The position numbers and the translations under genes were made by a program. From a virus, in the IMG/VR virus record IMGVR_UViG_3300049783_000824, positions 1 through 64,000 of that record: 64,000 nt of DNA. One strand, given 5' to 3'. The notes under the pieces were generated by a model. It made no database searches, was not told where the DNA came from, and worked only from the letters and a program-made list of their open reading frames with translations. Below, one piece after another: positions 10,062-18,784 of this stretch; the first letter of the stretch is position 1; every line of letters starts with the position of its first letter.

Positions 10062-10090
10062 AATTACCCCATAGGTTAGGAGATAATAAC

Positions 10091-11485
10091 ATGGACAATT
10101 CACTTTTCGAACATTGGGACGAAACCAAAGAAGCTTTGCTTGATGGTTTAAAACAGTCTCAGAAAGAAGTAGTAGGGCCGCTTTTGGAAAACCAAAAGAG
10201 GTACTTGATTCAAGAAACAGCAGCGACTGGTTCTATTCAAGCACACGACATTGCTAACTTCCGTAAAACTTTACTACCAATGATCCGTCGTATCATTCCC
10301 GGTACTATCGCTAGTGAGCTAGTGGGCGTACAGCCAATGAGCGGACCAGTTGGTCTAGTATACACTCTTCGTTACCGTTACGAAGAAAACATGACTCACA
10401 ATGCTGCGTCATCACAGTTTGGTGGTTTTGACATCACATCAGGCGACGAAGCTTTCGGTAACGCTTCTCCAGTTCGTCAGTTCTATGCTGGTAACACTGG
10501 TGCTGCACAAGCTGCTGGTGCCTCTGGTATCGACACTGCTGGTGGACCTGCTAATATCGATGCTACTACTGCTGAGGGTGGTGCTTGGGAATCTTCAAGC
10601 GACGTAACTACTTATGCTACTGGTACTTCTGACTTCTCTGGATACTCAGTGAACGTTGGTGGTTCTATGCTAGGTGGTTCTGGTTCATTCGCTGAAGGTA
10701 ATGGTGGTCGTAAGATGTCACTAGAAGTTATCTCTCAGGCAGTTGAAGCTGGTAGCCGTAAACTACAGTCTGGTTGGACAATCGAAGCTATGCAAGACCT
10801 AAACAGTCAGCATGGTCTAGATATCGAGAGCGAGATCACTAAGGCTCTATCTGCAGAAATCGTGCAGGAAATCGACGCAGAAATCATTAACGACCTACTA
10901 GCACTATCTGGTACTGTTCGTACCTTTGATTTCGGCAACACTGGTGGTACTACTTATGCTCCTGCATTCGTAGGTGATCGTTTCGCTAACCTTGGTGTTC
11001 GCATCAACGAAGTAGCAAACGTTATCGCTCGTAAGACCCGTCGTGGTGCTGGTAACTTCATCGTTGTTTCTCCGATGATCGTATCTGTACTTCAGTCTGC
11101 TGCTAAATCGGTTTTCGCTCCTGCAGTTGAAGGTTCTTTTAAAGGTCCAAACAACACTGAGCTTGTTGGTATGCTAAATGGTCGTATCAAAGTATACAGC
11201 TATTTGTGGAACCAAGCTACTCCGGGTGTTTCTTCACCTAATGGTGATGACAAGATCCTAGTTGGTTACAAAGGTGGAAACGGTGAAGTTGACTCAGGTT
11301 ACTTCTACGCACCATATGTACCTCTAATGAGTTCTGGTGTGATCGTTAACCCAGTTACTTTCCAACCTGTTGTTTCTCTAATGACTCGTTATGGTAAAGT
11401 TGCTCTTACTGATCCAACTACATCGTTGGGCAATTCAGCTGACTATTATGGTAGAATCAATGTTACGAATCTAGATTTCATCTAA
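10091..11485 (+). CDS. gp23: Major capsid protein (T4 gp23-like)
   Basis: LLENQ, PMIRR, ELVGVQPMSGPVG, SRKLQSGWTIEAMQDL, EIDAEII, TRRGAGNF, FYAPYVPL, FQPV..MTRYG motifs. Confidence 0.97.
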   Translation: MDNSLFEHWDETKEALLDGLKQSQKEVVGPLLENQKRYLIQETAATGSIQAHDIANFRKTLLPMIRRIIPGTIASELVGVQPMSGPVGLVYTLRYRYEENMTHNAASSQFGGFDITSGDEAFGNASPVRQFYAGNTGAAQAAGASGIDTAGGPANIDATTAEGGAWESSSDVTTYATGTSDFSGYSVNVGGSMLGGSGSFAEGNGGRKMSLEVISQAVEAGSRKLQSGWTIEAMQDLNSQHGLDIESEITKALSAEIVQEIDAEIINDLLALSGTVRTFDFGNTGGTTYAPAFVGDRFANLGVRINEVANVIARKTRRGAGNFIVVSPMIVSVLQSAAKSVFAPAVEGSFKGPNNTELVGMLNGRIKVYSYLWNQATPGVSSPNGDDKILVGYKGGNGEVDSGYFYAPYVPLMSSGVIVNPVTFQPVVSLMTRYGKVALTDPTTSLGNSADYYGRINVTNLDFI

Positions 11486-11527
11486 GATAAGTTTCAGTGA
11501 TACTAGTCTACTAGTAAGTTAGAAAAT

Positions 11528-11558
11528 AAAAAAACCTCACTCCGGTGGGGTTTTTTTT
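11528..11558 (+). terminator. Rho-independent terminator after the MCP gene
   Basis: AAAAAAACCTCAC-TCCG-GTGGGG followed by T8. Confidence 0.85.
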
Positions 11559-11603
11559 GCCCTAAAAAAAGGTAACACCATAAATATGCATACATTAGGA
11601 GAT

Positions 11604-12041
11604 ATGGTTATGTACGAATATAGATGCAAGGTAGTTCATATAGTCGATGGTGACACTGTTGATGTAGATATTGACTTGGGTTTTGGTGTCTGGATACATA
11701 ATGAGCGAATACGATTGTATGGGATGGATGCCCCCGAAAGTAGAACAAGAGATTTAGAAGAGAAGAAGTTTGGTATATTGGCTAAAGAGTTCGTACAGGC
11801 TAAATTGCCATTGGGTAGCACACAAAAACTTGTAACTAAATCATATGATTCAACAGGTAAATATGGAAGAATACTTGGCACGTTTAAAGTGTTTGATTTT
11901 GTTACAGATAGTGAGCAAACTTTAACCGAAATAATGATACGTGACCACTATGCAGTTGCATACTATGGGCAACATAAAGATGAAGTAGAGCAGGCGCATT
12001 TAGAAAATAGGATTAAGTTAATCGAAGCCCAAGGTGTGTAA
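11604..12041 (+). CDS. Thermonuclease (SNase-like) family protein
   Basis: VDGDTVD, RIRLYGMDAPE, GKYGRILG motifs; start 11604 or 11610 after AGGAG. Confidence 0.85.
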   Translation: MVMYEYRCKVVHIVDGDTVDVDIDLGFGVWIHNERIRLYGMDAPESRTRDLEEKKFGILAKEFVQAKLPLGSTQKLVTKSYDSTGKYGRILGTFKVFDFVTDSEQTLTEIMIRDHYAVAYYGQHKDEVEQAHLENRIKLIEAQGV

Positions 12042-12082
12042 CAAAGCTGGTACACATATTGTAACCAATGCGTCACAGTTGT

Positions 12083-12090
12083 TATAAATA
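12083..12090 (+). promoter_or_regulatory. Late promoter inside a hairpin upstream of the endolysin
   Basis: TATAAATA within TGTTAT/ATAACA and CCAATG/CATTGG stems. Confidence 0.65.
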
Positions 12091-12111
12091 ATAACACATT
12101 GGAGATTAACT

Positions 12112-12513
12112 ATGTCATATAAATTTGGTAAAACATCACAAGATAGATTAGATACGTGCCACCCTATATTACAAGAACTGGCTAACGAAGTGATTAAACA
12201 TATTGACTTTACCGTTGTGTGTGGTCACAGGGGCGAGGAAGATCAAAAGGCAGCAGTTGCCAGTAAAGCAAGTAAGGTTAATTTCCCAAACAGTAAGCAC
12301 AATTCACTACCATCCATTGCCATTGATGTTGCCCCGTATCCAATAGATTGGGATGACATTAAGCGATTTGCCTTCCTTGTTGGTATATTTAAAGGGGTAG
12401 CAATAGCAAAAGGTTACAAGATACGTTTAGGCTCGGATTGGGATTCAGATGGGGACATTACTGATCACAAGTTCATGGACTGGCCACACATAGAATTAGT
12501 ACTAGAGGAGTAG
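12112..12513 (+). CDS. Endolysin, M15-family L-Ala-D-Glu peptidase
   Basis: GHRGEEDQ, SKHN...AIDVAP, DWPHIEL zinc motifs. Confidence 0.85.
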   Translation: MSYKFGKTSQDRLDTCHPILQELANEVIKHIDFTVVCGHRGEEDQKAAVASKASKVNFPNSKHNSLPSIAIDVAPYPIDWDDIKRFAFLVGIFKGVAIAKGYKIRLGSDWDSDGDITDHKFMDWPHIELVLEE

Positions 12514-12516
12514 AGT

Positions 12517-12846
12517 ATGCCCACTCTAAGCTTTAAGGAATATTATGATTCCAAGCAAAAGTTACTTTCCGCATGTGAAAGTATCCCTAGGATACGAAGT
12601 GAATACCGTATTACAAAATACTGCAAATTTCCATTTTTTGAATCATTAAGTTCTGAGAATAGGGAATATATTGCGTTCAAGCCAAAGGATAGAATTGAAG
12701 TCCTTTGGGAAAAGGTGGATGAGTATGATGCTTATCCGGTAGCGAAGAGGATAACCCTTATAACTGAAGGTCGTAAAGAAGTTTTTCCAATCTGGAATAA
12801 TAAGAAGATGCATAGTTGGATTGATACCAACACCAACGAAATGTAA
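12517..12846 (+). CDS. Hypothetical protein, candidate internal head protein
   Basis: GAGGAG SD; N-terminus MPTLSFKEY. Confidence 0.55.
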   Translation: MPTLSFKEYYDSKQKLLSACESIPRIRSEYRITKYCKFPFFESLSSENREYIAFKPKDRIEVLWEKVDEYDAYPVAKRITLITEGRKEVFPIWNNKKMHSWIDTNTNEM

Positions 12847-12902
12847 AAATAAGAGCGTACTCGCATTTATTACAATAATAACTTACTAGTTAGGAATTTG
12901 AG

Positions 12903-13604
12903 ATGATCACAGAATGGGCAAGCATATTAGAATCATATGGGTGGGGAGCACTGATATTCACCCTCACTGCGTATGTACTTATTGCATACTTAAAGAAAAT
13001 GTCAAAAGTGTGGAACTCTAGGGACATCGCTAATGTAAGCGAAGATAATCATTTTATAAGATCCCAATTAAAGGCGCATCAAGTATTTTCTACTATACAA
13101 TATAAGGTAAATAATGAAATCCCTACTTTAAAATTTAAAGGGAACACATTTCCAGTTAGGCAAAAACTTTTTAGGAAGATGCTTGAAGTAAAACTGATAA
13201 CTGTCAAAGGCATGTTACATAGTATAATAGAAATGAACGTTTTTGGGAAGACACACCCGACTGAATGGTCCATTGCTGTGCAGAGTGCAATAGACGAAAG
13301 TGATTATACATTATCAAATTTAGCATTGCGTGAAGGAATACCAGCTATAGTTGTAAGCGAATATATGGTTTGGCATTCCGTAAGTACTAAAACCCTAATG
13401 GCCTATGTAAATGACTTGGCCATATCCACATTACATGAGACAAATGAATCAAGGACCAGCACACTATACTCAATTATTGATTTACAAATGTCAGTCATGG
13501 TTGGTGATGCAGAGAGGACTCTAATATCACTAAATGGTTCCCTGAGTGGTCTTGTATTCAACGGTGAAACCATTGAATCTATGGCAGACGAACACGAACT
13601 ATAG
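12903..13604 (+). CDS. Single N-terminal TM protein, holin or lysis-regulator candidate
   Basis: TM segment WGALIFTLTAYVLIAYL followed by KK; near the endolysin; size and topology like T4 T holin. Confidence 0.4.
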   Translation: MITEWASILESYGWGALIFTLTAYVLIAYLKKMSKVWNSRDIANVSEDNHFIRSQLKAHQVFSTIQYKVNNEIPTLKFKGNTFPVRQKLFRKMLEVKLITVKGMLHSIIEMNVFGKTHPTEWSIAVQSAIDESDYTLSNLALREGIPAIVVSEYMVWHSVSTKTLMAYVNDLAISTLHETNESRTSTLYSIIDLQMSVMVGDAERTLISLNGSLSGLVFNGETIESMADEHEL

Positions 13605-13620
13605 CTTTTTGCTCGTTACT

Positions 13621-13628
13621 TATAAATA
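13621..13628 (+). promoter_or_regulatory. Late promoter for neck genes
   Basis: Exact TATAAATA. Confidence 0.7.
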
Positions 13629-13656
13629 TCATTAGATAAATAAAAGGTTAAGTTTA

Positions 13657-16600
13657 ATGGCTATATATGACAAATTCGCAGATGCACCGAACAGACTAAA
13701 ACTTGAAGGTCAAGAGATTACGGTCAAATTAGTCAGAAATGGTGACGGTACTGCAACAATCAAATGGAACATCCCCGTTATTAGCGGCTGTGATGTAGAA
13801 AACTTAGTATATGATGGTATTGTAATTACCGTAAGTAATAGACCAGCTAATCATATAACAACGTCCCCCCAGTCTGGAACATACTATGATGCTGACGCAA
13901 CATTCGACAGGGACTTACATACTGGTGATAGTATTAATGTTGCATCCGTCGTTGGTGCATTTTACCACGATAAGTCAACAGTATCACTAACTGTCAATGA
14001 CGTTCTAGAAAAAACTCCGTATTATGTTTCTGCATATGCTGTTGACCAAAACGGCAACTATCATAGGGAAGGTGTGCACGCGTATAGCCTACCAACATCA
14101 CAGGCTGAAACCCAACAGGCTGGAGATGAGACCCCAGCATATCACGACGTTTTAGTAGACACACCAGAGGGCATATCAACGAAGGCCCGTACTGGATTAG
14201 TGATAGGTACAACCTATAACATTAAACTGCTTATAAATGGTAAGTGTTATGAGTATGATGATTTACTTGGAAGTGATGTACAAACATTTGAAGACTTGGC
14301 ATCAACTATCAATAATAGGTTAATCATGTCAACTAACCCAATATTGGGACCATTATTCCCTAATGAAGGGAAGTATATGGTAGATGTTGACAATGAAACT
14401 GTGTACATGTGGGACGGCTCAGCTAATATTGAGCAAGTTTCTACCTTCTTTGGCACTGACCCATCAATCCCAATATTGGATACCTACTGGTATAAGCCAT
14501 CAACCGATGCACTTAAGGTCCGTGAGGTTGGTGGGTGGGCATCAGTAACTAGCATTATAAAGTATTCAAGTGATCCATCAATGCCAGTAGACGGGACTGT
14601 GTGGCTTGACAAGGCGTTTAACAGTAATAATGAGTTAGACACCCTTAATACCTCTGGGTGGGTTTGGGATGGTGTTACGTGGTGTAAGAAGCCAACTATT
14701 ATCCAGACACGTAGCCCACTACTCCCACCTGTACTCACATCTAGTGATTATTGGTATAACGAAGAGGATGGCTCTGTATCTAAACGGAACATAGAATTAC
14801 GAACATGGGAAGAAGTGAACCCTGTAGTATGGGACACTGACCCCAACACTATAGCTGATGCCAACCATTGGTACAACCAAGAAACGGAATTAGCTTTAAT
14901 TAGAGTTAGTGGTGTATGGGAAGAAATTAACAACATACGATACGCAGAGCGTAATAGTGTTGGTGAATTAGACTCACCTGTTGCCAATCATTACTGGTTA
15001 ATACCTTCTGAGCAAGTTTTACTTAAGCGTGATGCCACAAATACTGTATGGGTTGACGTAAATGTTGTGATAAGCTATAATGATCCCGCTGATCGTGCAA
15101 GCTGTGATGCTTGGTGGGATGTTAGCGTTGGTGTTGATAACCTATTCATTTGGGATGCAGTAAACATTACATGGGTTGCTGTCACTAACTTTACACAATC
15201 TGCTGTAGATCCAGCCACCACAGTAACTTTAGAAGCTGGGACATTGTGGTATAACCAAGAAACTGAGGTTATGCAGAAGATTACCGGATTAAACTGTTCT
15301 GATATCCAATACATATGTTCATCATATGACCCAACTAACTTACCAGTAGGTATCGTGTGGTTGAAAACAACCGATAACACATGGTATATATGGGACGGCT
15401 CTGCGTTCGTATTGATAACCGTTATCGTTGATGAGGATGACCCATACGTTGTTGTTGATGGGATGTTCTGGTACAATACTGCATCAGATGAGCTATATTT
15501 GAGAGTGGTTGGGGTATGGGTATTGCAGGTGTACACCACCGACACACTATCTCCAGCTATCGGTACTTTATTTTATGATACACTTGAGGACGCATTACTT
15601 GAATGGGATGGTGAAGCTTGGATAGCTGCGTGTGGTTTAGCTGAAGTTGTATTAGACTTTAACAGAAGTGTATGTTTCGATAACATGACCAACTCCATTA
15701 GCAGCAGTTTATTCTCACCATATAACGACATTGATAAGTTTGGCCGTGACCTTATTCGGTTCAAGACATGCAATACGGGGTGTGACGAGACCATTATAGT
15801 AGACGAAATGTCATCGGTAATGTCTAGCTTATCCAAACCAGTAATGTATCAAAACCCAGCCACTGGTCGTAGCATAAATGAGGCAGGGTCAACCTATAGA
15901 GAATTGGGTGTTGGTGACGATGGGACACCCGATGAAAGGCGCAAGCTTCAGGATCAGATTAGAGTAGCTCTGGGGTCTGTAGGTGTCCAAGTTGAATTGA
16001 CTAAACAACAACTAGACGAATGTATTGATAATGCACTGTTGATGGTTAGGAAGTATTCTAGCTATTCATATCAACATGTAATGTTCTTCATGGATGTTGT
16101 TCCTAACCAACAAAGATATTTACTTACTAATAAGTGTGTTGGTTTTAATAAGATCAGCAATATTAATGCGGCTTACCGTATGAAGGGTGGTGGCCTTGGT
16201 CTTGGTCGTGGTGGTGGTATGGGAGGAGGTGATTTGCATGGATATGCAGCAATGCAGCAACTATATCATGCTGGAAAGTTTGATATGTTGTCTTTTCACC
16301 TAGTGTCACAGTACATAGAGGAATTGAATATGATATTTGCTAATAATATTGTATTTGATTTTTACGAAGATACCAGAATATTAAATTTCCATCAAGTGTT
16401 TTATCATAAAGAGAGGATATTACTAGATGCATTTATTGACCTTCCAGAGCAAAAATTGATGACCAATAGGTATCTTGAACTGTGGATTAAGAAGTGGGCA
16501 TTAGCTGAAGCTAAGATGATACTGTCTCAGGTTCGTGGTAAGTTCCAGTCTCTACCGGGGCCAAATGGTTCTACGGTATTGAACTCTCAGGAATTAATCA

Positions 16601-16701
16601 CACAGGCTGAAAATGAAAAGGTAGAATTGAGGGAAGAGCTACATGATCGTTCTATGCAAGATCATAACAGCGATGTCCAATCTCAGTTCTTTATGGGGTA
16701 A
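13657..16701 (+). CDS. gp13: Neck/head-tail adaptor (gp13-like C-terminal domain) with ~750-aa N-terminal extension
   Basis: C-terminal RVALG...VELTKQQLDECIDNAL and WIKKWALAEAKMILSQVRGKF..LPGPNG..VLN; N-part has Trp/Tyr-rich repeats. Confidence 0.8.
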   Translation: MAIYDKFADAPNRLKLEGQEITVKLVRNGDGTATIKWNIPVISGCDVENLVYDGIVITVSNRPANHITTSPQSGTYYDADATFDRDLHTGDSINVASVVGAFYHDKSTVSLTVNDVLEKTPYYVSAYAVDQNGNYHREGVHAYSLPTSQAETQQAGDETPAYHDVLVDTPEGISTKARTGLVIGTTYNIKLLINGKCYEYDDLLGSDVQTFEDLASTINNRLIMSTNPILGPLFPNEGKYMVDVDNETVYMWDGSANIEQVSTFFGTDPSIPILDTYWYKPSTDALKVREVGGWASVTSIIKYSSDPSMPVDGTVWLDKAFNSNNELDTLNTSGWVWDGVTWCKKPTIIQTRSPLLPPVLTSSDYWYNEEDGSVSKRNIELRTWEEVNPVVWDTDPNTIADANHWYNQETELALIRVSGVWEEINNIRYAERNSVGELDSPVANHYWLIPSEQVLLKRDATNTVWVDVNVVISYNDPADRASCDAWWDVSVGVDNLFIWDAVNITWVAVTNFTQSAVDPATTVTLEAGTLWYNQETEVMQKITGLNCSDIQYICSSYDPTNLPVGIVWLKTTDNTWYIWDGSAFVLITVIVDEDDPYVVVDGMFWYNTASDELYLRVVGVWVLQVYTTDTLSPAIGTLFYDTLEDALLEWDGEAWIAACGLAEVVLDFNRSVCFDNMTNSISSSLFSPYNDIDKFGRDLIRFKTCNTGCDETIIVDEMSSVMSSLSKPVMYQNPATGRSINEAGSTYRELGVGDDGTPDERRKLQDQIRVALGSVGVQVELTKQQLDECIDNALLMVRKYSSYSYQHVMFFMDVVPNQQRYLLTNKCVGFNKISNINAAYRMKGGGLGLGRGGGMGGGDLHGYAAMQQLYHAGKFDMLSFHLVSQYIEELNMIFANNIVFDFYEDTRILNFHQVFYHKERILLDAFIDLPEQKLMTNRYLELWIKKWALAEAKMILSQVRGKFQSLPGPNGSTVLNSQELITQAENEKVELREELHDRSMQDHNSDVQSQFFMG

Positions 16702-16703
16702 CT

Positions 16704-18398
16704 ATGAGTATAACTAGCCAACTAGAGGCACTATTAAGCAACGGCAATTGTCCAGTTGATGGGGATGGTAATTTCATCCCTCCACCTACAGATGATGCTG
16801 TTGCGAAGATATGCAGTAATTTTAACCCGGCATTAGATTGTACTAATGACGTACCAAATCCCGCATGGGAATTAACTGAGTCCGATGACTCATGTTTGAT
16901 TGATTCATACATTAATGAAAGCATTCAAATTGGTGGGGCAGTAGTGAACGTACACCGTCTGCTTGGTGTTCATGAACAAGGCTCATTGCAGGATTTAACT
17001 GGGAGTGGTAGTGCCATCTCTAATGGTGATAACCCAAATTTTCCAGCACGCAACGCGTTTGATTTATTTCAGACACAATGGCGATCAACCCAGTATGGAC
17101 CTGATGTAATGTCATCGTATATTGGATATGACTTTGGTGAAATACTGTTGGATAATAATAGAAAACGTTACAGCATTGAAACCTTTGTAAAGTTTGACGT
17201 GTCATCAATAAAAATACACCAAGGGTGTAGAAAAGAAAACCGTGTTACCAAAGCTAGGGTTGAGCGATCAAACGATGGTGTTAAGTGGTATGGTGTTCAA
17301 GTGGTTGACTTGCCAGACTGTGAAGGTGCAGCTAAGGTAAACTTTAAGCGGTCAGTACCTTCTAGGTTTTGGCGATTGCGCCCAGTTGCATTTAACGGTG
17401 GGGCTAATGATGCATGGGAAGTTCAAGCAATACAACTATTAGACTATGAAGCTACCGATGTAAATAACATTCAGGATAGAATACTGTTGGAAAATAGGGA
17501 TAGAGATTACGATGAGAATCCTATCCGTATGAAGGGGTCATACACTCCCGTGGATGTACAGGCATTCCAAAGTAAACATGGATTTGGTAGCATGTACAGT
17601 GGAAATGAATGGGTTTTGGAAATAAGCTTCTCATCTACCATATCAGTATTGGGTAGACCATTTGTGATTGGTGACATTATACAGTTACCAGCCGAGACTC
17701 AATTTACTGCTAGTCTTAAACCTATAAAACGATACCTTGAAATAACTGATGTTGCGTGGAGCACTAACAGCTATACACCAAATTGGATTCCCACTATGCA
17801 GCGTTTGATAGCAAAGCCGGTAATGGCATCGCAGGAGACACAAGACGTGATGGGTAAGCTTACAGAAGACCAAGATGAATTGGGTCTCGTTGATATCAAT
17901 GATGGCAGCAATGACAAACAATATCAAGATTTTTCTGAGATAGCACAAACAATTGAGGCTGATGGTAATACTTTAGTTCCTCAGAATGGTATAGATTATG
18001 CTGACATTGCAGATGTATCTGCTGAATTCTATGAATGGACTAGGGAAAATTCTGGAACTGGCAGTGATCTCGTTGCTAGACGGATTGATGCGGTACGTTC
18101 ACAGTATGGGTACGATGCAATGCCCCCAAACGGAGAGGCATATACACAGGCTGATGAATTTCCACCTAACCCGAAAGATGGTGCCTACCATCGCCTAACG
18201 TATACTAGTATAAGGTCAGGAATACCAGCACGGCTACATAGATTTTCAGTAGCAAAAAACAATTGGATATTTTTAGAAAAGGATCGAAGGGCATTGTTAT
18301 CACATGTTGGCAATAATGTTAGACGCACTTTACGTGAAGAAACTTCAACGGTCACCCCACCAGATGATAAGGATGCATACTTGGATGATGAAACGTAA
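16704..18398 (+). CDS. gp14: Head closure/neck protein (gp14-like) with inserted discoidin (F5/8 type C)-like domain
   Basis: Follows gp13; ESIQIGG, ILLENRDRDYD, LGRPFVIGDIIQLP; insert NAFD...QWRS...IGYDFG...ERSNDGVKW...SRFWRL. Confidence 0.7.
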   Translation: MSITSQLEALLSNGNCPVDGDGNFIPPPTDDAVAKICSNFNPALDCTNDVPNPAWELTESDDSCLIDSYINESIQIGGAVVNVHRLLGVHEQGSLQDLTGSGSAISNGDNPNFPARNAFDLFQTQWRSTQYGPDVMSSYIGYDFGEILLDNNRKRYSIETFVKFDVSSIKIHQGCRKENRVTKARVERSNDGVKWYGVQVVDLPDCEGAAKVNFKRSVPSRFWRLRPVAFNGGANDAWEVQAIQLLDYEATDVNNIQDRILLENRDRDYDENPIRMKGSYTPVDVQAFQSKHGFGSMYSGNEWVLEISFSSTISVLGRPFVIGDIIQLPAETQFTASLKPIKRYLEITDVAWSTNSYTPNWIPTMQRLIAKPVMASQETQDVMGKLTEDQDELGLVDINDGSNDKQYQDFSEIAQTIEADGNTLVPQNGIDYADIADVSAEFYEWTRENSGTGSDLVARRIDAVRSQYGYDAMPPNGEAYTQADEFPPNPKDGAYHRLTYTSIRSGIPARLHRFSVAKNNWIFLEKDRRALLSHVGNNVRRTLREETSTVTPPDDKDAYLDDET

Positions 18399-18711
18399 AC
18401 CAACTACAGTAGAAACGTTTAGAGCATTTTATGAACTCATGAGTGACGGTTGCACTTTTGCGCCTGATATGGTATTCTATGACTGTTGTGTAGAACATGA
18501 TATTGATTATTCTACGGGAACTGTAAACAGGGCAGAAGCTGATAGGAAGTTGAGAGTGTGTATAAGGGCAAAGGGGTATCCAATACTATGTTGGGTATAC
18601 TGGTTGGGTGTTAGACTGTTTGGGTGGGTATCATATTACTTTGGTGACAGTGTACAATCCAGAAAAGAATATAAATTATTAGTAGAAGACAATAAATCTG
18701 ACACAATGTAA
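18385..18711 (+). CDS. Prokaryotic phospholipase A2-like protein
   Basis: SDGCT...CCVEHDIDY..G...RAEADRKLRVC...YWLGVRLFG motif order. Confidence 0.55.
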   Translation: MMKRKPTTVETFRAFYELMSDGCTFAPDMVFYDCCVEHDIDYSTGTVNRAEADRKLRVCIRAKGYPILCWVYWLGVRLFGWVSYYFGDSVQSRKEYKLLVEDNKSDTM

Positions 18712-18737
18712 TCCCAGAGCTAAATACAACTCCACTA

Positions 18738-18766
18738 TTGCAAACTTACCCCAAGTTTGTTAAAAT
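18738..18766 (+). promoter_or_regulatory. Sigma70-like promoter with a palindrome in the spacer
   Basis: TTGCAA-17 nt-TAAAAT; CAAACTT/AAGTTTG inverted repeat. Confidence 0.45.
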
Positions 18767-18784
18767 ATATGAACAGGAGTTTTA

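Noticed and set aside
16224-16303. AGGAGGT followed by an out-of-frame ATG inside the gp13-like gene
   Set aside because: Explained by consecutive Gly codons; the resulting short ORF has no other support.
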